The translations under genes and the position numbers were made by a program. A stretch of DNA of 64,000 bases from assembly GCA_010093995.1 (NCBI GenBank), contig ML992502.1, positions 1,171,001-1,235,000 of the forward strand, in the 5' to 3' direction. Positions 45,355 to 57,546 of the stretch are shown in pieces. The notes below the pieces were generated by a model, which was given only the letters and a program-made list of their open reading frames with translations, made no database searches and was not told the DNA's origin. Position 1 is the stretch's first letter. The number at the start of each line of letters is the position of its first letter. Origin of the DNA: Elsinoe ampelina. Taxonomy: Eukaryota.

Positions 45355-46422
45355 CTACTCCAGCCCTTCCATCTTCACGTCCTCAAAGTCTGCCTCATCG
45401 TCGTCATCATCGTCGTCCTCCTCGAAATCTTCTGCGGCTGCCTCCTCCTTGATATCGCTTGTCCCGCCCGTCAGAGTGGCTTCATACTCGGGTCGCAATT
45501 TCCACTGTCCTGTAAATGGCCCGGAGCGTATCAACGTGGCTATGCGCTCCATTTCTGATTTGATGAATGCTTCCGGCTGCTTTAGACGACCTTTCAGCGC
45601 CTTCAAGCTCCAGTATCTGTACTCCTTGAAGCATTCCGTGAGCATATCCATAAGCTCCGTAGTCGACACGCGCACGGCCTTGTCCGTCTGTGGCTTCTTC
45701 TTGCCCTTGAGTGAAGGCTTCGACACGAATGTTGCAAACTTCTGACTCGCTGCTAGACCTGGGTGCATTCTGTGATCTACACCGTGGCTGAAGGTCGTGG
45801 TGTGTTTCGGTTGAGCGAGAGCGGCGAAGCGTTTGGCGGTAAGACGGCGATACTCTTCGTTCTCGACGGCGGTGAGGGTCACTTCGTGCTGGAGGTAGCC
45901 CGCAAGCGCGGTCTGTTTTGGGATGCTGGATTTGTAGGGTCGCTTGTTGACTCTGTTGCTATCGTACCGCGAGTCCCTGTCTCGTTGCTGCATCGGTCGC
46001 TTGTCACGGTTCCAGACTGCCTGTCCACCTCGGAATCCTGGCTGATCCTTTTCGCTGAATACGACGGTGTTGTTGTATTGCGTGCGTTGCATGTGCATAT
46101 CGTAGCGTTTCGGCACCTCTGCGTGGCCGGGAATATCATTCAACACAATCTTGAGTTTCTGTGCGCCATTTGGTAGATTATTGTTGTACACGCGCACCTT
46201 TCCCAGCTCAATCTCTTCGTCTTCGGCGATGTTGGCCCAGGCCTCCCAAAGCCATTTCGGAAGTTTTGCTAACCACGCTCCGTTGGTCTCCTCCGAGCCA
46301 TTGATGTGGAGTTCACCAGTATCCTCGTATTCATCCTCGTCAACGGCCATAGGTGTAAGCGCATTCGCCGGATCCGGCTTGATCTTGACGTCCTCCTCCA
46401 TCTTCATGCCGTTGGATGCCAT
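45355..46422 (-). CDS. TFG2: TFIIF beta subunit (Tfg2/RAP30)
   Basis: WLAKLPKWL, IPKQTALAG, winged helix YWSLKALKGRLKQPEAFIK..WKLRPEY. Confidence 0.92.
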   Translation of the reverse strand: MASNGMKMEEDVKIKPDPANALTPMAVDEDEYEDTGELHINGSEETNGAWLAKLPKWLWEAWANIAEDEEIELGKVRVYNNNLPNGAQKLKIVLNDIPGHAEVPKRYDMHMQRTQYNNTVVFSEKDQPGFRGGQAVWNRDKRPMQQRDRDSRYDSNRVNKRPYKSSIPKQTALAGYLQHEVTLTAVENEEYRRLTAKRFAALAQPKHTTTFSHGVDHRMHPGLAASQKFATFVSKPSLKGKKKPQTDKAVRVSTTELMDMLTECFKEYRYWSLKALKGRLKQPEAFIKSEMERIATLIRSGPFTGQWKLRPEYEATLTGGTSDIKEEAAAEDFEEDDDDDDDEADFEDVKMEGLE

Positions 46423-46918
46423 GGCTGTGTTGGCGGACGACGCTTTGATTCGTGACGAATGGAGGGACCGGGTGAAGGATACAGATGGTCTTGGTGGTTC
46501 TTTTATGAGCGCATTCTGAAGCGAGGAATGTAGGGAATGTGGGTCAAGCAACAAAGAAGCCTCGTGAGAAGCTATCTAGCTCTGCTGTGATATATTTGTC
46601 GAGGTCGATCGTATATCGTTCCGCAAAGGTGTTGGAAGAGTACAGATCGAGCTGGTGATTGTTGGTCGAGGAATGTATCGCAGTGCAGGGTAAAGTTGTG
46701 TCTGATAGACGACGAGGCGCACATCCAGCCATGAGGTTCATACTACCAGGCCTGCCCTTATCGATAAGCTTTGCCAAGCTCGCAGAGCCGCATCTGTCAT
46801 TCAAAGACATGACTCTCACCTTCGGCCATTTCTTTCCGTCACAACAAACTATTGATTCACATTTCACCATCTGCGAAATTCTATCAGCTCTTCTCACTTC
46901 GTCACTGCTTTGCTGAGG

Positions 46919-48477
46919 ATGAGTGAAGACGCAGAGCTACAAGCCAAGATCGCTGCCTTGTCTGGTAAGTCAGATTCTAAGCGCCGGATTCACCATTTTG
47001 ACAGAGATGACAGCACGCATCAATCGTGAGAAGCAAAGCAGTGCTCCTGCTAATGCCTCGACTTATCAGCAACCCCCGCGCTGGTCTCCGTATGGTCGTG
47101 GCGGCACTCATCATGCGCCACCATATCGTGGTGGCTATCACAGCAGTCCGCGCGGCGGCATTCACAAGACGGGCTTTCGTCACCGCACACTTGTAAACAA
47201 CAACGGCACAAGCAGCGACAATAAGAGCGGCACGGCGACACCAGAACCGGACGAGAAGCTCAGCGCAGGAATCACCACGCACGATCGCGGGCACATGCAA
47301 TGGACAAACGCAGCAGTATTCGACAAAAAGGTCCAGGCGAAGGTGCAGGCCATGGAAGAGACCGCAAAGGCCAAGCGACAAGCCAAAGATGACTCGCTCA
47401 AGAACAGGGTCGTGGAACATGTGTACGGCGTTCAGACTCCAAGCGCGAGCGTCGCACCAAGCACCGCATCACGAGAGATCATTGTTAACGATCTTCGTTT
47501 CCGCGTTGCACACGATGGGAGCAAGCTAATACGTATCTTTGGTGAGGAACACAATCAGAACACAAACCGCACGTCTCTGAGCAGAACAGACGGGTCAAAC
47601 AAAGATCCCCACAGCACACCCAAAGAGACCAAGGTTGCAGGCGTGAGCTTTGTGCGCACCAAGAATGGGAACCTTCTTCGACAAGGCCTACTTAGAAACA
47701 AGAGGTCCGATCCACAAACTATCTTCCTTTCCAACCATTACTCACGAGACAACAACAGGGTTGACTCCGGAAAGATCCAGAAGAAGCTCTGTGCCGACTT
47801 CACATCAACGGGTACAAGGACATCATCTACACGCATCACCCATCCTGGCAGCCGCTACGCTGGCTGACGTGCTCTCCTACTTGCTACGACTGTACTGACA
47901 TATCTCAGGATCATGCACACACGGCAATCGCTGTCGCTTCAAACACGACATCACTAAACTCGCCATCTGCAAAGATTTCCTTCGACACGGCCAGTGTGCC
48001 GCTGGTGAGGACTGCAATCTTTCCCATGAACCTTCGCCCCACCGCGTTCCTACCTGCCTTCATTTCCTTCGCAATGCTTGCACCAAGCCTGACTGTCCTT
48101 ACTCTCATGCATGTGCTGATCCCAATGCGCCGGTCTGCAAAGACTTTGGTCGCATGGGCTACTGCGAGAAGGGAGCCACATGCACCGACCGTCATGTGAA
48201 CGAATGTCCGGACTATACTAACACAGGCGTTTGCCGTAACAAGAAATGCCGTCTGCCGCACATCGATAGAGCTGGCACTTTGCGAAAGGCAGCGGCCGCA
48301 AAAGCAGCAAAGGGAGAAGACGAGGTGGCATTTGACGTCTCGAGTGACGAGGAAGATTATGATGAGATTGACTCTGATGATGCCGACTCTGAGGAGATTG
48401 AAGACGATGTTGTCATGTCTGGCAATGGTGATGGTCATGAGCTGTCTCAGCAACAAGACTTCATCCCATTTGCCTGA
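46919..48477 (+). CDS. Tandem CCCH zinc-finger protein (ZC3H3/Red5-like), multi-exon
   Basis: MSEDAELQAKIAALS|ARINR N-terminus; five C-x7/8-C-x4/5-C-x3-H-type fingers near the C-terminus; acidic tail. Confidence 0.8.
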
Positions 48478-49110
48478 GATGAACGACAGCAAGATGAAAA
48501 CGGGAAAAATAACGACGAGACGTCATTTCGATTGGTGTCGATTTGCACAAGACATGCCGCTTGTTTTAGTATACCCGTGCAGCACTGTGGTATAGACCAC
48601 ATTTGTAAGATGTCACGAATGGAAGAAAAAGTAATCTGCACTGAACTCTGAAGCATCTTCTGTGGTATAAATATGCAAATTTTGTTAACAGCGAAATCCA
48701 CCTCAAGCTACTACTACCAAGCTACTGCTACCACGCCACTGACCCCGAAGCAGATATCGATATTGAACTCGGCAAACCTGCCTTGTTCAAGTATCGCGGG
48801 GTAATCAGATTGATCACCCCGCGCCTCCAAACTCTGCCACGTCCCCGGTGGCCATCCGGACTACCCATCTTGGAAACGCCTCTGCTCCAGCAGTGACGAA
48901 ATGCGGTCATTGTTGATTTGGTCTGGACAGATGTTTCAATTCTTCGGTCGACCATGTACCTATGTGGCTATGGGATTTAAGAGGTAGGACGTTTTTCTTC
49001 TACACACCACTATTCCACTCTTCACACAATTTACCATATCGGTTGCGAGCCAATAACTCTCCCGATTTGTCACAATCCCAATTCTACAGAACACTACATA
49101 AAGAGACAAC

Positions 49111-51336
49111 ATGGCTGCAGTCCAGTCAGCACCCCAAGTCAATGGCCATGGAACTTATGGAAAGAATGTCACAGAAGCGCTCCTGAAAGAAGAGGACAAG
49201 GAGCGTTCGAGCGTGGAGAAGTTGAGCAAAGAGCATGATATCACACTCAAGACGATCAGATTACTGATTGCGGATCTCTGCTCGCAATACAAAGCGGGCC
49301 ATCCAGGGTGGGTACTTACATGACATGTTCAGTATGCTGGCTAACACCATCTTAGAGGAGCAATGGGCATGGCCGCGATAGGAGTAGCGCTCTGGAAATA
49401 CGCCATGAGATACAGTCCGACTCAAGCAGACTGGTTCAACAGAGATCGCTTTGTCCTCTCAAACGGACATGCTTGTCTCTTCCAGTACTGCTTCCTCCAC
49501 TTTGCCGGCTACCCTGCCTTCGACTTCGACATGCTCAAGACCTACCACAGCGAGAAACCCGAGAGCTTATGTCCGGGGCATCCTGAGATAGAAGCAGAGG
49601 GTATCGAAGTCACAACAGGCCCGCTTGGTCAAGGAATTACCAATGCTGTCGGTCTAGCTATGGCTACTAAGCATCTTGCGGCTCAGTACAATCGGGATGG
49701 TTTCGAGGTCGTAAACAACCACACCTGGTGTATGATCGGAGACGCATGCCCACAGGAGGGGATCGGACAAGAGGCTATCAGCTTGGCCGGCCACTGGAAG
49801 CTTAACAACCTGACGGTCATCTACGATAATAACCAAATCACCTGTGATGGATCAGTAGATATGACAAACTCAGAAGACATCAATGCCCGCTTCCGCGCAG
49901 CGAAATGGGATGTCATCGACGTCTACGATGGATGCTTCAACGTAGACGGCATAGTCGAAGCCCTCAAAAAGGCGAAGCAAAGTCGAGACAAACCTACCCT
50001 TGTCAACGTTCGTACCATCATTGGCGTCGGCAGTGCAGTGGCAGGCCAAGCAGTCGCTCATGGTGTTCCCTTCAAAGCGGATGATGTCGAGCAGATGAAG
50101 AAGGCGTATGGTTTCGACCCCTCTCAGACCTTCATCATCCCCGAGATCGTTCGTAACTTCTTCTCGGACCTCCCTTCGAAGGGTCGTCAGCACGTCAAGG
50201 AATGGGACGAGCTCGTCGCCTCTTACTCTCGCGCCCACCCCAAGATCGCCGCCGAGTTTCAGTCCCGCCGTGAAGGTAACTTACCGTCAGACTGGGAGTC
50301 CCTCATCCCATCCAGCTTCCCCAACGAAGCTACCGCCTCCCGAAAATCCTCAGGACTCACCTTTCAACCTATTGCTGACAAGCACAATCAATTCATGATC
50401 GGCACCGCCGATCTTTCCCCGTCCGTCAACCTCCTCTACCCATCCAAGGTCGCGTTCCAAAACCCCCACCTCGAGACCACGTGCGGCATCAACGGCACTT
50501 ACGCGGGCCGCTACATCCACTACGGCGTTCGTGAGCACGCCATGGCCGCCATCTCGAATGGCCTGGCGGCGTACAACCCAGGCACGATCATCCCCATCAC
50601 CTCGTCCTTCTTCATGTTCTACCTCTACGCCGCCCCAGCAGTGCGCATGGGTGCTCTCCAGAAGCTCCAAGTGATCCACGTCGCAACCCACGACAGCATC
50701 GGCATGGGCGAAGATGGACCAACGCATCAGCCCATCGAGCTAGCGGCACTCTTCAGAGCCATGCCGGAGCTGCTCTACATCCGGCCGGGAGACAGCGAAG
50801 AAGTCGCCGGCGCCTGGTCGGTGGCAATCAAGCACCGCCACGGCCCCACCATCATATCCTGCTCCAGACACGCCCTGAAGCAATACCCCGGCAAGACCGA
50901 CCGGTCCTCGGTAGCCAAGGGGGCCTACGTCCTCGAAGAAAGCGACGGCAAGCCCGACGTGACCATGATCGGCGTCGGCGCCGAACTCTCCTTCGCCGTG
51001 GACGTGGCCGAGGAACTCGAGACCAAAGGCTTCAAGACGCGCGTGGTCAGCTTCCCTTGCATGAGACTCTTCGAGCAGCAGAGCGTCGAGTACAAGCGGG
51101 GCGTGCTCAAGCGGAACGAAGCGCCGGCCGTGGTGATTGAGCCGTATGCGGCGCTGGGGTGGGAGAGGTACGCGGATGCTGGCGTCAATATGAAGACGTT
51201 TGGGCATTCGTTGACGAACGAGTATGTTTATAAGCATTTTGGGTATGAGGTGGGGAGTATGGCGGAGAGGGTGGAGGGGTTTTTGCAGGCGAGGAAGAGG
51301 GGGGAGATTTTGCAGGGGGAGTATGCGGATCTGTGA
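49111..51336 (+). CDS. Transketolase family, dihydroxyacetone-synthase-like; intron 49308-49355
   Basis: GHPG|GAMGM, NRDRFVLSNGH, TTGPLGQG, GDAC..YDNN, THDSIGMGEDGPTHQP. Confidence 0.93.
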
Positions 51337-54300
51337 GGTGGTGATGTGGTTGGTGGGTGGTTTGTACATACATTTCCATGTCTCGATTGTTGTTCATGCT
51401 CACAGCTCGTGCCTGGTCTTGCGTTGTTTGTTGTGATTGTGATCTGGTCTGACGGTCTGTGTTCGGTGGGACCTTTTTGCAAATAGAGCAATGTAGAAGA
51501 CGCAGGCACTTTTGGGTCTTGACCTTCAATTGTCCAAGGTGCATGAGCACGAGCTAGTGCGGTTGGCACGCAAAATGATCAGCTTGAGTTCACCTTTGCA
51601 TTATTTGTTGTGACCCTGCTTCTGCTGCACCTACCGAATGGTGAAAATGTCCTGAACTTAGATGCCCAATTGTTTACCATCCCCAATTCAAAGCGCTGGA
51701 GCAGGACGTCGCTGCATTCCGCCTGCATTTCGTAGTCAGGCTCGTGCTCGGCATTGCATGTTCATGACAGCCATGCCTCTGCAGGTACGAAAAGGCAGAC
51801 TGTGCATCGCATCTGCCAACACGAGGCAGACGAACGCTTGTCACAGCTCGTGACCGCAGTGGGGACAAGCCATAGCTCCTCAACAGCGGGTGTACGGATA
51901 GCTGGAGAGTTCAAGAGTGAGGGGCAAGGGCAAATTCCTCTCAACGAGCATCGCGACGTCGGCCTCAAGATGAGGGGTCAAGCAGCATGACAAGCTCTCG
52001 TCAATTCAGGTCGGAAATAGATTATGACAGCTACTCGTGGTAGAGACCCTAGGCGTCAGAGATTTCGACCCGTGAAAATTGACATCTTTACAGGGTTGAT
52101 GGGAAGTGGAATTAGACACATTGTGGGACCAGGGAGAGGGCATCTGTCTTCATCAATCACCGACACGGACAAGACGGGGAGTGCTCTTCCAGACGTGAGC
52201 CCAGTCAAGGGCATCGGGACCTCCTTTCAGGCACTATGGGGCACTGGGGCATTGCACATCGGGCCTACCTATTTCCAACAAAACAGTCTTGACGACCGAC
52301 AGTAATTTCAAGAAGCTGGCCAATCATCTCGCTTGCAGTTCAGCAGCATCCGATCCTGTTGAGCATTTGTCACCAACAAATTGATTAGCGAAGCTGCCAT
52401 TGCAAAGATAGTAGTACTGCCTACACTGTGGAAGACTGTCGTCAGATCTTGGATAGGCTATTCCAACGGCGACAAGCCATCGGCAAATCTGCAGGTGACT
52501 CCCACGACCAAAACGCCTTCTTCGCTACTCACAAAAGTCAAGAAACATTTGCGTGGGCAATGGCTTCACCCCGTCCAGATGGCTGGGAGCCTAGGAAGGA
52601 CAAGACGAGCTGAGACCTCTCTGACCTGCATGGCTGCATGCATGGATGCAGCCCAGAGGCCAGTCGTAAGGTCTGACACGGGTTTGTCTTCGGCATGCTT
52701 TTTTCGTCTTGCATATGCACGCTCCCGTCAATAAACACTCGTCAGACTCTCAAGCGTCAAGCGTGGCCCCTTTCCCGCCATTCCTTTCTCACCAGTGCAT
52801 GAGAGTGTAACAAGCGGGCATCGAGAACAAGATCTGCCAGCTTGTGGCGCCTGGACATGACAAGCCGCAAAAGAATCAAGAACGAGACGCCATGTGGGAG
52901 CAATTCTTTGGATCGGGACCATTTTGACAGGGGGAATTTGCCGGCCAGCACGATCGAGCAATCTTCTTTTTCCAGCACGCGAGCTTCCGTCTCTAGCTGT
53001 CCAAGCCGGATCCTGAGGACGGAACGACCTGGTGAAAAGCTAGACGCAAGCCTAATTTTTCGACCTGCAGCGGGATCCACAAGACCGTCGTGATCGGTCT
53101 CGTTGATCGGCTAGACGAACTCTGCGCCTCTGCAGTTCTCTCACACGCCTCTTCATGCAGCCCAGCGAGCGTCCCGGAAACCCGGGAGAAACTTGGTGAT
53201 GAACACCCTTGCATCGACAAGTGCCCGTCTCGTATGCACTCAGCTGACTCTCTGTCGTGGCGGGCTGCCGAGCTGTAGCCCGGTTCGAAACATCAACAAC
53301 AGCAACATTTACGATTGTAAAGGTCCAACTACCATGGCGGATCTCCAATGTTTTGATGTTTACACCTGTTGTCAAGAACCCCAGACCAAGTGGAACCAAG
53401 ATCCTTTCCCGAGACCAAATTTTTTGACGTCCCGGAGCTCATTTTGGTTCGTTTCACGTAGCCTCGGCCACTCTGACAGACCGCCCTGATCTTTGACACG
53501 AGACCATTCCCGAAACGTACGAGGGCGCCCGAGGTGGAGCAGTGGTCGAGAGCATCTGGAGAACACGTGTGGGTTTCCTGGTCACTCTACCTGCATCAAA
53601 TTTCGTGCTGCATCAATAGCAACACTGTGGCTGTCAGATGGCGGCTCTGTGACCAAAGAAAGCAACGACTTGTGCCAATCGTTGCCTCTTCTTTCGTGTT
53701 CGTCCACACGCTCAGGCCTTCTGGGTTGCTTCTTTTGACGGCGGGACTTTGATGAGATCTGCAGGAACCAGCAGGGAACCTTTTTTTTTTGCTCCCCGGC
53801 GCTAGACTCACCAACCTTGGCGGTCACAGAGAGTTGGCACAAGTGGATGCAGCTCTAGCTGGCACGCTAGCCATGGGTACCACCACAAACTCTGACACTC
53901 GTCCGCGGTTCGCCCTAGCCTCTCACGCAATTGTTTCTGCTGTTCCCGGATGCAAGCTGCTGACGACCCGCGCCGTCGTACAGAAACACACAGGCCCCGA
54001 TGCACTTCAAGTCCTGTGTGCAACAAAACCTGGCGAGCCCGCTCGAGTCTTTGCGGCCTGCACTCCCACACGCTCTCTTTTCAATATTCGACACTGGCAC
54101 TTCTTTGACCAAAGTCATTCGCTTCTAACCACGCTCCACCAGCCCTGAAAGTCCTGAAACGCGCGCTCTGCCTTAACTCGCGACGTGCGACACGACTCGG
54201 TAATATAAGCCACAGCCGCGACGACAATTCTCATCTATATTGAACGACCAGACTCTGCGCCTCGAGTCTCAGGTCCCTTGTGAAATCCTTCCAAAGTCCC

Positions 54301-54346
54301 CTCGACTGGCTCGAGAGGGGAGAATGAATAAGACTGCCCGACAGTC

Positions 54347-56614
54347 ATGGCACCTAAATGGCTTCAGTTCACCGACGAATCTGGAAAACGAGCTTCCATG
54401 TTGTCCGTCGTGAGCAATCGGCGTACTACTTATGACGATTCCGATCAAGTCGCAAACGCTTTCGCTCATCCATTCTTCGACCAAGACTCGGTTCATGAGG
54501 CTCTGGACGGCAGCGAGCGGGAGCCGGCAGTAGATCGTGCTCCCTCCAAAAAACGATATTCTTTGTTTGCTCGCAGCATCGCAGCTACTTCCGACGGTGA
54601 TTCTGAGCGACCAAGTCCTGAACCTTCACGACACTGGCCTCGTCTTCCTTTTCAGGACAAGCAAGTTGACGAGATCGAGGATGACGACCCTGCCTTTGGT
54701 ATAAAGCGCAACCAGTCGAGAAAATCCATGGCGCCTCGCTCCACCAGACACGAGCCTATCCTTCGATGGATGCGTCGCGTTGAACGCAGCGCTTCGACCA
54801 GACCGTCCACGCCTTTCGGATTCGGTGAGAGGGCAAGGCCAAAGGAAGAGGGTACGTTACTATTCCGCCACGCATGTGAGACAACGCTAACGACCTCTAT
54901 TGTAGACAGAGAACTGAAGAAGGCTAGCATTTCTTCTCCGTTCAACTTCCAGCATGTTGCCCACACCGCTCCTCAACAGCTGCCAGAGCTAGACCTCGTC
55001 AGCGATCGCGATCTGACTCTCTCCTTCTGGGCAGCTTCGGCTCACCAACAACCTCAAGGTGATCTTCGTGGCATCAAGGCCGAGGAGATTGAGAATGTAC
55101 AACGACAATCACGACCTCCTTCGTCACTGATTGAGTCGAGGCCCATCAGCAGCAGTGATAGCGTCAACTTCAGCCGCATTCGGAGTTCATCAATCGGTCG
55201 CGAAGCTGCACCCCGACTTCGGGCTTCTCGCAGTCTGTCCAATGCGTCCGCCACATCGAACGACGAAGGCAGACGGACTGGAGCAATCTCACGGTCCGCT
55301 TCGCTTGCCTCGCTCATCGCTGAGCCTCGTAGCCCCCCGACAATGTTGCATCCGGCTTTCCGCACTGCCACAGATGCACCACCTCTTCCTCAACCACCTA
55401 TGCCTTGGATGCAACCGTCTGGCATTCAGACGCCATGTAGCGAGATGAATCGCAACCTCGACGTTGTGCCAGAAGAGATTGAAAGCCAGTCGCCACGGAA
55501 GACTGACGCTTTTGAGAAGCTCGACAAGTCTCCCGTCAGCCGCAATAGGACAAATGTCAATCCCAAGGATTCGCATCTATCGGTATCAACCGTCAGCTCT
55601 GACGGTCAGGACACCAACACCATGTCGCAGTACGACATGAGTGTTCCCAGTCTGTCATCTGGTGAGACCTGGGAAGAGGACGTCGATTTCTGCTACAACA
55701 TGGAAGCAGAGTCTACCTGCGACTTCAGCTATGGACAGAACCCTTTCGGGTCTCCCAATCCTCACGATTCCGTTCTCGCACCGACCCGCAAAGCTCAGAT
55801 TGAGAGCGACAACTTCTTCGATGTCTCACCACGCGTGTCGATTGCTGCTCATCAGCGCAACAGGAGCTCCATGACCATGACTCCGTTCTTGGCATCCGCT
55901 TCCAAGCTGGACCTCGATGCTGCTTTTGAGAACCCTCGTAGCGCTCCAGATGCGCCACTTCCAGAGATCAACCGCCTGTCGTCTCTGCTTGACCTTCCTA
56001 TGCTGAGAACGCCGCACTCGGAAGCGGAAGCAGTCAGTCCTGGCAAGATCTCTGATCAGACAGTCACAGACCTCCGCTCTTCCTCAGCCTTCAAGCCAGA
56101 GGACCTGTCGAATGCTCTGTCAAATTATACTCTGGTCGGCTCCGCCCACCATGCCCGTGGCAATTCCATGGATGGAACAGTACGTTCAGATAGCCCAGAC
56201 GCCCACCGCCTCTCGGCCGCTACGCAGGTCTCTGGCCTACCGTCCAGACCTACCTCAGCAGCTCTTGCTCCCTCGCCACCACCAAGTGTCCCACTCCCAC
56301 CTATTCCCAAGGACATTACAAAGACCAAGTCCTTCATCGCTGCTAAGCGCAACACAGTCGCTGCAGCTCCCAGCGAGGAGATTGTCATGCGACGTCCCCA
56401 AACCGCCGAGGACAGATCACTGTTGCAAGCAGCCGGACGAAACGTGCAGCACACCAGGACTGCAACTCCCCCACGCCTCGTCACCAGCCGAAGCGTCGAG
56501 ACTCCTTCCCTGCGAGCCCTCATGAAGAGGTCTCAGAGCTCACCCAGCGTGAACGACCTTTACAAGGCACACGCCCTGCCCAAGACGGCCGAGAAGTTCC
56601 CTGTCTGGATCTGA
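54347..56614 (+). CDS. CRIB (Cdc42/Rac-binding) motif protein, largely disordered; probable in-frame intron 54852-54905
   Basis: ISSPFNFQHVAH CRIB motif within a 755-aa Ser/Pro-rich ORF. Confidence 0.78.
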   Translation: MAPKWLQFTDESGKRASMLSVVSNRRTTYDDSDQVANAFAHPFFDQDSVHEALDGSEREPAVDRAPSKKRYSLFARSIAATSDGDSERPSPEPSRHWPRLPFQDKQVDEIEDDDPAFGIKRNQSRKSMAPRSTRHEPILRWMRRVERSASTRPSTPFGFGERARPKEEGTLLFRHACETTLTTSIVDRELKKASISSPFNFQHVAHTAPQQLPELDLVSDRDLTLSFWAASAHQQPQGDLRGIKAEEIENVQRQSRPPSSLIESRPISSSDSVNFSRIRSSSIGREAAPRLRASRSLSNASATSNDEGRRTGAISRSASLASLIAEPRSPPTMLHPAFRTATDAPPLPQPPMPWMQPSGIQTPCSEMNRNLDVVPEEIESQSPRKTDAFEKLDKSPVSRNRTNVNPKDSHLSVSTVSSDGQDTNTMSQYDMSVPSLSSGETWEEDVDFCYNMEAESTCDFSYGQNPFGSPNPHDSVLAPTRKAQIESDNFFDVSPRVSIAAHQRNRSSMTMTPFLASASKLDLDAAFENPRSAPDAPLPEINRLSSLLDLPMLRTPHSEAEAVSPGKISDQTVTDLRSSSAFKPEDLSNALSNYTLVGSAHHARGNSMDGTVRSDSPDAHRLSAATQVSGLPSRPTSAALAPSPPPSVPLPPIPKDITKTKSFIAAKRNTVAAAPSEEIVMRRPQTAEDRSLLQAAGRNVQHTRTATPPRLVTSRSVETPSLRALMKRSQSSPSVNDLYKAHALPKTAEKFPVWI

Positions 56615-57546
56615 GATCGACAACGACGACAACTCTCGAATGAATCTCCTTCTCGATGAATCCCTTTCCACCCCACTGGTCCTCCCGACCATGACCGCCA
56701 CCCACCGTCCTCCGACCTTTCCTATGTCAACCAACCATTGAAACCCATTCAACCAACCCACTTCTTCACTTCGACCTACCCTTCACGAACTGAATGCTAT
56801 ATGCCAAAAAATCACCTTTACAAGAGCGAGATACCCTATCCAATACACATTCTTCTTTCTTTGGAAACACAATCAGAAGGATGGGAAAGCGACGGCGTTG
56901 CTGGACAACTGCCCCTTGTCTTTGAGGCTGGAGATGCTAGGACATCGTTACGGTCACTTGCAAGAGCAGATGTATACTTACCTCCTTACTTGACTTTAAG
57001 CTGCTGCGGCTTTTGTAGGATAGTCGATGTGCTGTACTACTTGGTCTGAGAGCGCGAATGAAATGAGTCAAGATTAATTGCGTCTGTGATAGTGTGTGCG
57101 TACTGTGCGAGATGTGATTGTCAGTGCCCGTGACCGTTGACAGGCGTGTTTCATGCATGGGGCTTCTGTAAGATTGTTCAAGCAGAACAACATGGTGTAC
57201 GAGACAGGGATCAAATCCTCACTGGCAACGGGCATCAAGCAAAAACAGGGCTAGGGCAGTTCGTGGGCAGCCACAGGGGCCTGATTTTCAACAAAGGCCG
57301 AAAAACCGGGGGCGCCTCATCGGGACATGACAAGCCAGTGTTGATTTGTTTGTTCCCGACCTCACGCCGAAGCTTCGTGATTGTTTCCCTACGAGAGAAT
57401 ATTCCTGGATACTCTTCTATTTATTCAACAATTCTACGTCAAGCATACCAAGTAGCAGCATCAGATCCAGCAAAAGGAGATTATATATCGGCAGCCTTCT
57501 CCACCTGCATGCTTAGCATCGACACGGCACATTTCCACAGCATGGT

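Noticed and set aside
53262..53290. GGTTCGA T-loop-like word as a tRNA
   Set aside because: No cloverleaf, acceptor stem or A-box around it
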